A stretch of DNA of 64,000 bases from an uncultured Candidatus Rokubacteria bacterium (GCA_963762145.1 CAVXJS010000008.1:72191-136190); one strand, 5' to 3'; positions 18,761-28,928 are shown, counted from the first letter of the stretch. A program made the numbers and translations. The notes: generated by a model not told the origin, from the sequence alone.

Positions 18761-19240
18761 TCAGCGCTTCGCCGGCCACGCCCCCATGACCTGCCGGAGG
18801 ATCGCCAGCTCGCCGATGTGATAGGTGTTGTGCTCGGAGACGATCAGCAGCTCGCGGATAAGGGTGTGTTTGGGCGCGTACGGCAACGGCGCGCCGAGGG
18901 CCACGCGCGGATCGGCCGCGATCTTCTCGAGGGCGGCGCGGTCCTTCCGGAACTCGGCGATCGTCTTCTTCCAGGCCTTCGCGTCCGCCCGGGCGTCCGC
19001 CGCGGGCCAGTAGTCGGCGGGCCAGCTCGGGTGGTGGTAGTCCTCGTCCTGGATGTACTCCAGGATGTCGCGCTGGGCGATGCGCATGTGCTCGAGCAGG
19101 TGCCACGGGGTGTACGTCACGTTCGGCGGGCGGGTATTGATGTGCTTCATCGGGAAGTCGGCCACCACGTCGTCGAAGGTCATGTACGACGGGCCGTGAA
19201 CCAGGTTCTGTACCTCGGCGCGCACCGCGTCTTTCTTCAT
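18761..19240 (-). CDS. DinB/YfiT-family protein
   Basis: TPWHLLEHMRIAQRDILEY and SEHNTYHIGE His motifs; GAGGAG SD. Confidence 0.85.
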   Translation of the reverse strand: MKKDAVRAEVQNLVHGPSYMTFDDVVADFPMKHINTRPPNVTYTPWHLLEHMRIAQRDILEYIQDEDYHHPSWPADYWPAADARADAKAWKKTIAEFRKDRAALEKIAADPRVALGAPLPYAPKHTLIRELLIVSEHNTYHIGELAILRQVMGAWPAKR

Positions 19241-19263
19241 CGGGCTCCTCGTCGGGGGGCTTT

Positions 19264-19569
19264 TCACGGAGACCAGGTCGGCCAGGTCGGGACGGGCGGG
19301 AAAGTCTTCAGCGCCTCCTTGAACGCGGTCCAGAGGAACAGGCTCCGCCCCATGCCGGGACCGATCAGGTGCCCCTCGGAGATCCCGAGCTCTCTCCGGG
19401 CCACCCTCGACGCTTCCCGGAGGTCCTCGACCGCGCTGAAGGTGCCATCGGCCTGCCGGCGGCTGAGGATGGGGGTCGGTCCCGGCGGCGCCGTCGAGAA
19501 GCCGAGCAGGTACTCGGCCCCATCACTGGCCTCGAAGAGAATGCCCTTCACGGTTCCCTGTCCTTTCAT
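19264..19569 (-). CDS. Hypothetical protein
   Basis: 101-aa ORF with GGAGGGG SD, co-oriented with dinB; no recognised motif. Confidence 0.55.
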   Translation of the reverse strand: MKGQGTVKGILFEASDGAEYLLGFSTAPPGPTPILSRRQADGTFSAVEDLREASRVARRELGISEGHLIGPGMGRSLFLWTAFKEALKTFPPVPTWPTWSP

Positions 19570-19611
19570 CGCGCCCCTCCTCGAGAAAAGACTACGCGGG
19601 TCACGCCGCGG

Positions 19612-19639
19612 TTGACAAGGTTGGCTCCAGGTCTAGACT
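19612..19639 (+). promoter_or_regulatory. sigma70 promoter
   Basis: TTGACA-N16-TAGACT, then AAGGAGG SD and ATG 19665. Confidence 0.65.
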
Positions 19640-19664
19640 CGATCACCAAGGAGGTCACCGCCCC

Positions 19665-21125
19665 ATGACGAACGGGAACCCCCACGCCTTCCACGTCCGC
19701 CCCGACATGCGCCAGGGCCTGGCTTCCGAGACGCCCCTGCCGACGCGGCTCGTCTCGAACGAAGAGTTCCCGCCGCTGCCCCAGACCGCCGCCCAGCGCC
19801 GGGTCGAGGACCGCATTCTCGCCGACGCGGCACGCCTGGCCCCGCGGCTCGGGCTGAGCCGGCGCCAGTTCCTGCGCACGAGCGGCGGGATGGCCACCTC
19901 GCTCCTGGCCATGAACGCGGTGTTCGGGCGCTTCTTCGACGTGCTCCCGGTCGAGGCCGCCGAGCCCTCCGCGTTCAAGGCGCGCGCGGGCGACGCGTTC
20001 TTCATCTTCGACGTGCAGCTCCACTACGTCGGCGCGGGCTACGACCCGGCCAACGAGGAGGCCGCGCGCCGCGGCGTGTCCAAGACGGCGCTGCTCGGCC
20101 TCCGCCAGAACTCGCGGCGGCTCAATCCGAAGCTGGCCTCGGATCAGGGCACGCTCGCCGATCTCGCGTGGGCCAACATGGTCAAGGAAGTCTTCCTCGA
20201 CAGCGAGACCGACATCGGGCTGATCTCGACGCCGCCCGGCCCGTACCCGCAGGAGGCGGTCGTGCCGCCCAAGGAGATGACCCACATCCGCGACGAGATC
20301 AACCGGGTCACCCAGTCACGCCGGATGCTGGCCCACGGGCTCATCACGCCGCAGCTCGGGCAGGTCGATCTCGACTTCATGGATCAGCAGGCGGCCACCT
20401 TGAAGGTGGACGCCTGGAAGGGCTACACCGGCGCCGCGCCGAAGGGCTTCGACCGCGGCTGGTTCGTGGACGACGAGAAGATCGCCTACCCGATGCTCGA
20501 GCGGGCGCGCAAGCTGGGGATCAAGCGCATCTGCCTGCACAAGGGGCTGCCGCTGGGGCCGGTCGCCGATTACAACCACCCGCGCGACGTGATCAAGGCC
20601 GCGCGCGACTTCCCCGATCTCGGCTTCGTGCTCTACCACGCCGGGCTGCTGACCGTGCCGCGCACCCAGTCGGCCGACGTGCCGTGGACCACCGAGTTCT
20701 GTCAGATGAAGAAGAAGGAGCCCGCGCTCACCAACATCTACATGGAGCTGGGCTCCACCTTCGGTCAGCTCGCCACCACGAACCCGACCGCGTGCGCGCA
20801 TCTCCTTGGCCAGGTCATCGACGCCTTCGGCGCCGACCACGTGCTCTGGGGCACCGACTCGATCTGGTATGGGTCGCCCCAGTGGCAGATCGAAGCCTTC
20901 CGCCGCTTCGAGATCCCGTCGGCACTGGTGAGCGCCCACGGGTACAAGCCGCTGACCCGCCAGGTCAAGGAGCAGATCTTCGGCCTCAACGCCGCGCGCC
21001 TCTTCAGCGTCGACGCCAACGCCAAGCGCAACGAGATCCCGAAGGACTACCTCGCCCAGATCAAGATGAGCTACCTCGACGAAGGCCCGAGCCCCAGCAA
21101 CCGCTTCTACGGCTGGGTCGCCTGA
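19665..21125 (+). CDS. Amidohydrolase family 2 protein with internal twin-arginine-like segment
   Basis: FDVQLHY, CLHKG, VLYHAG, VLWGTDSIWYGSPQWQI and IFGLNAARL motifs; SRRQFL near residue 65. Confidence 0.85.
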   Translation: MTNGNPHAFHVRPDMRQGLASETPLPTRLVSNEEFPPLPQTAAQRRVEDRILADAARLAPRLGLSRRQFLRTSGGMATSLLAMNAVFGRFFDVLPVEAAEPSAFKARAGDAFFIFDVQLHYVGAGYDPANEEAARRGVSKTALLGLRQNSRRLNPKLASDQGTLADLAWANMVKEVFLDSETDIGLISTPPGPYPQEAVVPPKEMTHIRDEINRVTQSRRMLAHGLITPQLGQVDLDFMDQQAATLKVDAWKGYTGAAPKGFDRGWFVDDEKIAYPMLERARKLGIKRICLHKGLPLGPVADYNHPRDVIKAARDFPDLGFVLYHAGLLTVPRTQSADVPWTTEFCQMKKKEPALTNIYMELGSTFGQLATTNPTACAHLLGQVIDAFGADHVLWGTDSIWYGSPQWQIEAFRRFEIPSALVSAHGYKPLTRQVKEQIFGLNAARLFSVDANAKRNEIPKDYLAQIKMSYLDEGPSPSNRFYGWVA

Positions 21126-21127
21126 AA

Positions 21128-21210
21128 GGGGTCAGGTCTTACATTCCGACATTTTCGCGACCGATGCTGGACTGGCGAGCTAGAAATGTCGGAATGTAAG
21201 ACCTGACCCC
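21128..21210. repeat. 83-bp element with perfect 27-bp terminal inverted repeats (REPIN/MITE-like)
   Basis: GGGGTCAGGTCTTACATTCCGACATTT (21128-21154) and its exact reverse complement (21184-21210) around a 29-nt spacer; between convergent genes. Confidence 0.88.
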
Positions 21211-21213
21211 AAG

Positions 21214-22332
21214 CTAGACGTAGACCCGCGGGATGCGGGTGTTGAGGTTGGTGAGGACCTCGTAGGGGATGGTGCCGGCCCATTCGGCGAGGTGCTCGCA
21301 GGTGATGAGCTCGTCGCCGTCGGCGCCCAGCAGCGTGACCACGTCGCCGTTGTAGGCGGTTTCCCACTCGAGATTGACCATGATCTGGTCCATGCAGACG
21401 CGGCCGACCACCGGGTACTTCCGGCCGCGGATCAGCACGTGCGCCACGTTGGAGAGCGCGCGGAAGTATCCGTCGCCGTAGCCCACCGGCACCGTCACCA
21501 CGCGCACCGGGTGATCGGACTGCCACGTGGAGCCGTAGCTCACCGGGTGGCCGGGCGTGACGACCTTGAAGTAGACCACACGCGAGCGCAGCGCCAGCGC
21601 CGGCTTCACCGGGATGGTCTGCCGCACCTCGATGGACGGGTAGACGCCGTAGAGCAGGATGCCCGGCCGCACCAGGTCCAGATGGCTCTCGCGGAGCTGG
21701 AGCACCGCGCCCGAGTTGGCCATGTGGCGCACCGGCGGCGGGACGCCCTGCTTGTCGTACCACTCGAGCACCTCGAGGAAGCGCGCGAGCTGCAGCCGCG
21801 CCGAGGTGAGGTCCTCGGCGTCCGCGTTGGCGAAGTGCGAGTAGATCCCCTCCACCCGCACCCGCGCGCAGTCGGCCGCCCGCTCGAGCAGCCCGCGCGC
21901 ACTGTAGTAGTGCACGCCGATGCGCTCCATGCCGGTGTCGATCTTGAGGTGCACGGTCGCGTCGACGCGCATCTCACCCGCGATCGCGTCGATCTGCTTG
22001 AGCTTGTCGATGGAGGACGCGGTCAGGGTCAGCCCGTGGCGCAGAAAGATCGGGATCTGGTCGCCGAAGATACCGCCCATGACGAGGATCGGCACGCCGA
22101 CGCCGGCCTCGCGCAGCGCGACCGCTTCCTCCAGGAAGGCCACCCCGAGCGACCGCACCCCGAGCCCGACCAGATGCCGGGCCACCGGCACGAGCCCGTG
22201 GCCGTAGGCATTGCCCTTGACGATCGGCATCACCGCGGCCGGCGCAACCGCCGCCTGGATCGCGCGATAGTTCTCGGCGAGACGGGCGAGGCTGACCTCG
22301 ACGACCGTCGGCCGCAGTGAGCCGGTGTCCAC
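21214..22332 (-). CDS. alr: Alanine racemase
   Basis: VKGNAYGHG (PLP Lys), HLKIDTGMERIG, HMANSG, VRPGILLYG, GYGDG and VGRVCMDQ motifs. Confidence 0.95.
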   Translation of the reverse strand: MDTGSLRPTVVEVSLARLAENYRAIQAAVAPAAVMPIVKGNAYGHGLVPVARHLVGLGVRSLGVAFLEEAVALREAGVGVPILVMGGIFGDQIPIFLRHGLTLTASSIDKLKQIDAIAGEMRVDATVHLKIDTGMERIGVHYYSARGLLERAADCARVRVEGIYSHFANADAEDLTSARLQLARFLEVLEWYDKQGVPPPVRHMANSGAVLQLRESHLDLVRPGILLYGVYPSIEVRQTIPVKPALALRSRVVYFKVVTPGHPVSYGSTWQSDHPVRVVTVPVGYGDGYFRALSNVAHVLIRGRKYPVVGRVCMDQIMVNLEWETAYNGDVVTLLGADGDELITCEHLAEWAGTIPYEVLTNLNTRIPRVYV

Positions 22333-22335
22333 CGT

Positions 22336-23421
22336 TTACTTGGGTACCATGCCCTTGAAGCGGGGCATGACCTCCTTCGAGAGCAATTCCATCGAGTGCT
22401 GCCACGCCTTGGGGTTCTCGCTGTAGTCGAAGCAGAACACCAGCAGCGTGCCGAAACCGCCGACCTCCTCGTACAGGGCGTTGAGCTTGTCCGACACGGT
22501 GGCCGGCGAGCCGATGAGCCAGTTGTGCTTGGCGCAGTACTCCGGCGTCACGTCCGAGTCGGGCACCGAGGGATCGTGCTTGAGGTACTCGGTGAACCCG
22601 AAGGCGGCGAGCAGGGGCAGGAAGTACTCGGTCATCATGCGGCCCATCATGCCGCCCGCGGAGAGGCGCATCGCCTCCGCGTCGGTATCGGCCACGAAGA
22701 CCTCGCGGACCATCCGCCAGTCCGACCGCTTGGGGGTGCGCTTGGTGCGCGCCGCGCCTTCTTCCACCGCGTCCCAGTGGCTACTCACGTAGCCCGGGTT
22801 CAGGTTCAGGCTCATCGGCCAGAACCCGCGCTCCCCCGCCAGCTTGAGGGTATCCGAGCCCTTGCTGAGCCCGGCGACCCCGATCGGGGGATGCGGCTTC
22901 TGGAACGGGAAGATGTGCGGCCGGAGCGTGTTGAACATCGTCCCGGTCTTGGTCACGTGCCAGTACTTGCCCTTGTAGTCGAACTCGGGCTCGTCGCTCC
23001 AGAGCCGCAGGATGATGTCGAGCGACTCGCGCGTCATCTCCCGGTTCTGCCCCGACATGCCGTCCACGTTGAACATGGACCAGTCGCTCGGCAGCCCGCT
23101 CGCGGCCACCCCGAAGTTGAGCCGGCCCTGGGCCAGGTGGTCGAGCATCGCGACCCGGTTGGCCAGCTCGGCGGGGTGGTGGTACGGCATCAGGAAGCCG
23201 CCCGGGCCGATCCGCATGCGCTTGGTCTGCATGAGCGCCTGGGCCACCAGCAGGTCCGGCGAGGGATGCGGCTCCCAGGGGGCGGTGTGGTGCTCGCCGA
23301 TCCAGGCCTCGCTGAAGCCCATCTCGTCCGCCCAGCGCAGCTGCTGGAGATCCCACTGGTGGCCGTCGAAGAGCTTCCGCTCCGGCGGGTGCGACGGCAT
23401 CGTGAACAGGCCGTAGTCCAT
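22336..23421 (-). CDS. LLM-class flavin-dependent monooxygenase
   Basis: MDYGLFTMPSHPP, GFSEAWIGEHH and HHPAELANRVAMLDHLAQGR motifs; AAGGAGG SD. Confidence 0.9.
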   Translation of the reverse strand: MDYGLFTMPSHPPERKLFDGHQWDLQQLRWADEMGFSEAWIGEHHTAPWEPHPSPDLLVAQALMQTKRMRIGPGGFLMPYHHPAELANRVAMLDHLAQGRLNFGVAASGLPSDWSMFNVDGMSGQNREMTRESLDIILRLWSDEPEFDYKGKYWHVTKTGTMFNTLRPHIFPFQKPHPPIGVAGLSKGSDTLKLAGERGFWPMSLNLNPGYVSSHWDAVEEGAARTKRTPKRSDWRMVREVFVADTDAEAMRLSAGGMMGRMMTEYFLPLLAAFGFTEYLKHDPSVPDSDVTPEYCAKHNWLIGSPATVSDKLNALYEEVGGFGTLLVFCFDYSENPKAWQHSMELLSKEVMPRFKGMVPK

Positions 23422-23432
23422 GGTGTACCTCC

Positions 23433-24905
23433 TTACAGATCCTGCTCGAAGGGGTAGAGCGGCCGCCGGCGGTTCCGGTAGGTGAAGAGCCGCAGGTCGG
23501 AGCTGGTCACGCCGTCGCCGTCGCAGAGGACGATGTGCCGGGCGATCGGCTCGAAGCCGGCCCGGAAGTGCTGGCGTGACTTGATCAGCACGTACTTCTT
23601 GCGGCGCGGGTCGATCCCGCAGTGAGTGAAGACCCCCGTGTCGAACGGCTCGCTGCGGCCCTCGGACACGACGATCTGCATGGCCCCGGTGTCGAGCACG
23701 GCGGTCTTGCCCATGCGCACGCGCGTGCCGGTGGCCATCGGCCCGGTGACGGTGAACTCCCCGTCGGTGATGCGCGTGACCTTGCCGGTCACGCTCAATG
23801 GCTTGCCGGTGAGGTTGATCTGCGGCATGTCGATGCGCCCGCCCAGCGGGAGCGTGACGCCGGCGGCGGTGCCCGCCTCCACGAGGCGGCGCACGCCCGC
23901 CGGATCGCAGATGGGCCCGGCCACCACGTCGGTCAGCCCCTGGCGCATGACCTCCTCGATCACGCTCATGACGTCCTGGGTGCCGCCGGAAGCGGTGTTG
24001 TCGCCGTGATCGACCAGGACGACCGGTCCATCGCCGAGCGTGCGCGCGTGGGCGATCTGCCCCGCCAGCGGGGCGCCGTTGTAGAGGTAGTCCGCCCGCC
24101 GGTCCCAGGCCATCGCGAGTAGCCGGTCCCGGAGCGCGCGGCCCGCGTCCGGGCGACGGTCGCACACGATCACCGCGGAGAGCGAGATGTGAGGGATGTC
24201 CGAATGCGGGAAGCCGCCGAACACGGAGGCGTTGAGCACCGCGCCGGACGCCTCCGCCGCCATCGCCATGTCCATCACGTCCTTCATGGGCTGGCGCGAC
24301 GGGGTGTGGACCAGCGTGCTCGTCATCATGGGGAGCGACCCCCACACCATCACCGGCTCGATCTCTCCGCGCAGCGCCCGCATCATGGTGCGCCCGGCGC
24401 GCTGCCCGGTCTCGCCCATGTCCACGTGCGGATAGGTGCAGTAGCCCGCGATGACGTTCGCGTTGTCCACCATGGCCGCGGTCATGTGCGAGTGGAAATC
24501 GAGCCCCACCGCGATCGGCACCGTGGGCGCCACCGCGCGGATGCGGCGCAGCAGCTCGCCCTCGCCGTCGTCCACGTGCTCGGCCACCATCGCGCCGTGC
24601 AGCGCCAGGAACACCGCGTCGCAGCCGCCCCGCACCGCGCCCACGATGGCCTCGACCATGTCCTCGTAGGCCGCCCGCTCCACGTAGCCGGAGGGGTGCG
24701 CCCCGCCCGCCACCGGCAGCACGATCTCGGCGCCGGCCTGCTGGGCCACGTGGAGAAAGCCGCCGAGCTGGGTGTTGGTGTCCTTGAACTCCGCGATCGC
24801 GGCCTCGCCCTGGAGCGGCCGGAACGACGCGAGCGGGGTGGGAACCGGGGAGAAGGTGTTGGTCTCGTGCATCATCATCGCGAGGACGAGCTTGAGGCGG
24901 GCCAT
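23433..24905 (-). CDS. M81-family metallopeptidase (MlrC-like)
   Basis: HETNTFSP, LALHGAM, DDGEGELL, LDFH, TYPHVD, DHGDN and KSRQHFRAGF motifs. Confidence 0.92.
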   Translation of the reverse strand: MARLKLVLAMMMHETNTFSPVPTPLASFRPLQGEAAIAEFKDTNTQLGGFLHVAQQAGAEIVLPVAGGAHPSGYVERAAYEDMVEAIVGAVRGGCDAVFLALHGAMVAEHVDDGEGELLRRIRAVAPTVPIAVGLDFHSHMTAAMVDNANVIAGYCTYPHVDMGETGQRAGRTMMRALRGEIEPVMVWGSLPMMTSTLVHTPSRQPMKDVMDMAMAAEASGAVLNASVFGGFPHSDIPHISLSAVIVCDRRPDAGRALRDRLLAMAWDRRADYLYNGAPLAGQIAHARTLGDGPVVLVDHGDNTASGGTQDVMSVIEEVMRQGLTDVVAGPICDPAGVRRLVEAGTAAGVTLPLGGRIDMPQINLTGKPLSVTGKVTRITDGEFTVTGPMATGTRVRMGKTAVLDTGAMQIVVSEGRSEPFDTGVFTHCGIDPRRKKYVLIKSRQHFRAGFEPIARHIVLCDGDGVTSSDLRLFTYRNRRRPLYPFEQDL

Positions 24906-24931
24906 GCCGGGAGCATACTATCGCCCGGGAG

Positions 24932-26173
24932 ATGACGCACCTGTACTTCACCGGCTTCGACTGTCTCGGGTGCCGCGCCGCGTTCGCGCCGGACCAGGAT
25001 CTCCTGCTCTGCCCGCGCTGCCACCAGCTCCTCGAGGCCCGTTACGATCTGGCCCGCTTCGGCCGCGAGGTGGACCGCGACGCGATCGCCCGGCGGCCCG
25101 CCGGCGTCTGGCGCTGGCGGGAGCTGTTGCCCGTGCTCGACCCCGCGCGCATCGTGACCCTGGGCGAGGGCGGCACCCCGTTCCTGCGCTCGGAGCGCAT
25201 CGCGCGGGCCTGCGGGGTCCGCGAGCTCTGGCTCAAGTCCGACGCGGCCAATCCCAGCGGCTCGCTCAAGGACCGCTCGATCACGGTGTCGGCGACCAAG
25301 GCCATGGAGTTCGGCTACGACGTGCTGGCCTGCGATTCTACCGGCAACAAGGCCTCGTCCACCGCCGCCTACGCCGCGCGCGCCGGGCTCCGCAGCGTGG
25401 TGTTCTGCCCCCGGGACACGCCTCAGCCGAAGATGGCGCAGGCCGTCTTCTTCGGCGCCCGGCTCATCCGCGTGGACGGCCACTACTCGCAGATCAACGC
25501 GATGTACCGGAAGCTGATCGGGAGCGGGCGCGTGAAGTGGTACGACTGCGGCACCGACAACCCGTTCCGCTACGAGGGCAAGAAGACCTACGCCTACGAG
25601 ATCGCCCAGGACCTGGGCTGGCAGGCGCCCGACCGGGTGCTACACCCGTGCGCCGGGGGCATGTCGCTCGTGAAGACGTGGAAAGGCTTCAACGAGCTGC
25701 GCACGCTCGGCTGGACCGACCGGGTCCCCAAGATGACCGCGGTGCAGGCCGCCCGCTGCGCGCCCATCGTGGAGTCGTGGAAGAAGGGTCTTCCGCGCGT
25801 GGAGCCGGTGGAGAGGCAGCCCACCATCGCCAGCGCGGTGGCCGCGGCGGATCCCGGGCTGCTGGGCGACCAGACCCTCGCGGCGGTCCGCGCCTCCGAC
25901 GGCGACGCGGTCGCGGTGGAGGAGGCCGAGATCGTCGAGGCGGTGCGGTGGCTCGCCGGGGAGGGCCTCATGATCGAGCCGAGCGGGGCGGTCACCGTCG
26001 CGGCGGTGCGCCGCGGCGTGCGCGACGGCCTCATCGACCACGGCGAGTCGGTGGTCTGCGTGCTCACCGGCTCCGGCTTCAAGGACTTCGATCGCATCCT
26101 GGACCTGGTCGAGATCCCGCGCAACGTCGTGTCGGGCTACGACGCCATGCTGGCCGAGGCGGAGAGGATCTGA
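24932..26173 (+). CDS. Threonine synthase-like PLP enzyme (fold type II)
   Basis: N-terminal CxxC...CxxC; TLGEGGTP, NPSGSLKDR (PLP Lys), STGN, EGKKT and LTGSGFK motifs. Confidence 0.85.
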   Translation: MTHLYFTGFDCLGCRAAFAPDQDLLLCPRCHQLLEARYDLARFGREVDRDAIARRPAGVWRWRELLPVLDPARIVTLGEGGTPFLRSERIARACGVRELWLKSDAANPSGSLKDRSITVSATKAMEFGYDVLACDSTGNKASSTAAYAARAGLRSVVFCPRDTPQPKMAQAVFFGARLIRVDGHYSQINAMYRKLIGSGRVKWYDCGTDNPFRYEGKKTYAYEIAQDLGWQAPDRVLHPCAGGMSLVKTWKGFNELRTLGWTDRVPKMTAVQAARCAPIVESWKKGLPRVEPVERQPTIASAVAAADPGLLGDQTLAAVRASDGDAVAVEEAEIVEAVRWLAGEGLMIEPSGAVTVAAVRRGVRDGLIDHGESVVCVLTGSGFKDFDRILDLVEIPRNVVSGYDAMLAEAERI

Positions 26174-26175
26174 CG

Positions 26176-26646
26176 GTGCCCGACGCGATGCGGATCGAGA
26201 AGAAGCTCGCCGCGCTGGGGCTCGAGCTGCCCCGCCAGCCGGTGCCGGTCGGCAATTATGTCCCCGCGGTGCGGGCGGGACATCTCGTCTTCACCTCCGG
26301 CCAGACCGCCCGCATCGACGGGGTGCGCCGCTACGTCGGCGTGGTCGGCCAGGAAGTGAGCCAGGCGGACGCCTACCTCTCGGCGCGCGACGCGACACTC
26401 AACTGCCTGGCGTGCGTGAAGCAGGCGGTCGGCTCGCTCGACCGGGTCACGCGCGTGGTCAAGGTGATGGGCTTCGTGAACGCGGGACGCGACTTCGAGC
26501 ACCCGCCCGCGGTCATCAATGGCGCGTCCGATCTCCTCGAGCGGCTCTTCGGCGAGGCGGGGCGCCACGCCCGCAGCGCGGTCGGCCTCTCCTCCCTGCC
26601 GTCCAACGTCTCGGTCGAGATCGAGCTGATCGTGGAGGTGCGATAG
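26176..26646 (+). CDS. RidA/YjgF-family protein
   Basis: GNYVPAV, FTSGQ, VINGASDLL, GRHARSAVG and VEIE motifs. Confidence 0.9.
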   Translation: MPDAMRIEKKLAALGLELPRQPVPVGNYVPAVRAGHLVFTSGQTARIDGVRRYVGVVGQEVSQADAYLSARDATLNCLACVKQAVGSLDRVTRVVKVMGFVNAGRDFEHPPAVINGASDLLERLFGEAGRHARSAVGLSSLPSNVSVEIELIVEVR

Positions 26647-27732
26647 ATGCGCGCAGCCGTGATGCGGGACAAGCGACTCGTGGTGGCCGACCTGCCCCGG
26701 CCCGAGCCGGGGCCCGGAGAGGTGCTGGTCAAGACCCTCGCCTGCGGGATCTGCGGCTCCGACCTGCACGCGCTCCGGCACGCCGAGCAGTTCGTGGCGG
26801 CCTCGCGGCGCGCCGGCAACATCTTCGCCATGGATCTCGCGCGCGACGTGGTGATGGGCCACGAGTTCTGCGCCGAGATCGTCGAGCACGGGCCGCAGAC
26901 GACCCGGGCGCTCCGCGCCGGCACGCGCGTCTGCTCCCGCCCGAGCCTGATCCGCGCCGAGGGTCCGCGCACGGTGGGCTACTCCAACGACACGCCCGGC
27001 GGGTACGCCGAGTACATGCGGCTGACCGAGGCGCTGCTGCTGCCGGTGCCGGACGGGCTCGTCACGGAGCACGCCGCGCTCACCGAGCCGATGGCGGTGG
27101 GCCTCCACGCGGTGGCCAAGGCGCGGCTCGACCCCGACGACGCGCCGCTCGTGATCGGCTGCGGCCCGGTGGGCCTGGCCGTGATCGCGGCGCTCCGCCT
27201 GCACGGGGCGCGGCCCATCGTGGCCGCGGACTTCTCGGCCCGCCGGCGCGAGCTGGCCGCCGCGCTGGGCGCCGATCTCGTGGTGGATCCGGCGCAGACC
27301 ACGCCGTGGCAGAGCTGGCGCGAGGCCGCGGTGTGGCGCGACGCGAGCCGCGCGCCGGCCCTGCCGCCGTGGATCAAGGGGCCGGCGGTGCGGCCGGCGG
27401 TCGTCTTCGAGTGCGTGGGCGTGCCCGGCGTGCTCGACCAGATCATGGCCGCCTCCCCGCGCGGCACGCGCATCGTGGTGGTCGGCGTGTGCATGGAGGC
27501 CGACACGATCTACCCGATGCTCGGCATCAGCAAGGAGCTGAACCTCCAGTTCGTGCTGGGCTACACCCCGGACGAGTTCGCCGCGACCCTCACCCACATC
27601 GCGGAGGGCCGCATCCCGGTCGCGCCCCTGATCACCGGGAAGGTCGGCGTCGAGGGCGTGGCCGGCGCGTTCGAGGCCCTCGCGTCGCCCGAGCGCCACG
27701 CCAAGATCCTCGTCGAGCCCTGGCGGGCTTGA
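26647..27732 (+). CDS. Zinc-binding alcohol dehydrogenase family protein
   Basis: CGICGSDLH, GHE, EPMAVGLHAV and GCGPVG motifs. Confidence 0.92.
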   Translation: MRAAVMRDKRLVVADLPRPEPGPGEVLVKTLACGICGSDLHALRHAEQFVAASRRAGNIFAMDLARDVVMGHEFCAEIVEHGPQTTRALRAGTRVCSRPSLIRAEGPRTVGYSNDTPGGYAEYMRLTEALLLPVPDGLVTEHAALTEPMAVGLHAVAKARLDPDDAPLVIGCGPVGLAVIAALRLHGARPIVAADFSARRRELAAALGADLVVDPAQTTPWQSWREAAVWRDASRAPALPPWIKGPAVRPAVVFECVGVPGVLDQIMAASPRGTRIVVVGVCMEADTIYPMLGISKELNLQFVLGYTPDEFAATLTHIAEGRIPVAPLITGKVGVEGVAGAFEALASPERHAKILVEPWRA

Positions 27733-28928
27733 CGACCTTCGCGGCGCTCCGGGAGCGCAACTACCGCTTCTACTGGGTCGGGCTCGTGTTCTACGTGCTC
27801 GGGCACCGCGCCGAGTACGTGACCTTCGCGTGGCTGGTCTGGGAAGCGACCCACGACGCGCTCCACCTGGGCTATCTCGGGCTCGCCCAGGGCGTCCCGC
27901 TCGTGGTCTTCCAGCTCTGGGGCGGCGTGCTCGCCGATCGGGTGAACCGGCTGCGCCTGCTGCTCGCCACGCAGGTGCTCACCACCCTGATCCTGCTGGC
28001 CACCTTCGCCCTCGCCGCGTTCTCGCTGATCCGCGTCGAGCATCTCCTGGCCCTCGCCGCGCTCAGCAACACCTTTCGCGCGTTCGACGAGCCGACCCGG
28101 ATGTCCATGGTGCCGCAGATGGTCGGGCGCGAGCGGCTGGCCAACGCGGTCGCGCTCGGCTCCATTCCCTGGCAGGCCGGCCGCATGATCGGCCCCTCCA
28201 TCACCGGCATCCTGATCGCGGCCTTCGGCGGCACGGCCGGCCTCGCCATCGCCGCGGTCGCCTCCGGGATGGCGCTCGCGATGTACTCGCGGCTGCGCGT
28301 GGACGCGCGGGCGGCCGCGGCGCCCGCCGGGCACATGGGCACCCAGCTCGTCGAGGGGCTGAGCTTCGTCCGCCACAACTTCGTGTTCGCGGCGCTGATC
28401 TGCCTGGCCCTCTTCAACGCGGTCTTCGGCCTCTCCTACGTCACGCTGCTGCCGATCTACGCCGACGTGTACTTCCAGGCCGGCTCCGCCGGCTTCGGCC
28501 TGCTCAACGCCGCGCACGGCACCGGTGCGCTCGTGGGCACCCTGATCGTGGCCTATCTCGCCGCGCGCTTCCGGCACCGCGGCCTCGTCATCCTGGTGGG
28601 CGCGGCGGGCATGGGCCTGGGGCTCGCGATCTTCTCGCAGTCGCCCGGGCTCGGGCTGGCCCTGCCGATGCTGGCCCTCGTCGGGTTCAGCAACACGTTC
28701 TATCTCACGCAGGTGAGCACGCATCTCCAGCAGGCGGTGCCCGATCACCTGCGCGGCCGCGTGATGAGCCTCTACGCGCTCTGCTGGAACCTGCTGCCGC
28801 TCGGCGGGCTGCTGGGCGGCGCCCTCGCCGCGGCGGTGGACGCCCGCTTCGCGGTGCTGGTGGGCGGCGCGATGGTGGCGGCCAACGCGCTCGTGCTGCT
28901 CGCGTCGCGACGTCTCCGGCTGCTATAA
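27729..28928 (+). CDS. MFS transporter
   Basis: TTG start overlapping TGA; GGVLADRVNRLRL motif A; VPDHLRGRVMSLY. Confidence 0.88.
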   Translation: MTTFAALRERNYRFYWVGLVFYVLGHRAEYVTFAWLVWEATHDALHLGYLGLAQGVPLVVFQLWGGVLADRVNRLRLLLATQVLTTLILLATFALAAFSLIRVEHLLALAALSNTFRAFDEPTRMSMVPQMVGRERLANAVALGSIPWQAGRMIGPSITGILIAAFGGTAGLAIAAVASGMALAMYSRLRVDARAAAAPAGHMGTQLVEGLSFVRHNFVFAALICLALFNAVFGLSYVTLLPIYADVYFQAGSAGFGLLNAAHGTGALVGTLIVAYLAARFRHRGLVILVGAAGMGLGLAIFSQSPGLGLALPMLALVGFSNTFYLTQVSTHLQQAVPDHLRGRVMSLYALCWNLLPLGGLLGGALAAAVDARFAVLVGGAMVAANALVLLASRRLRLL

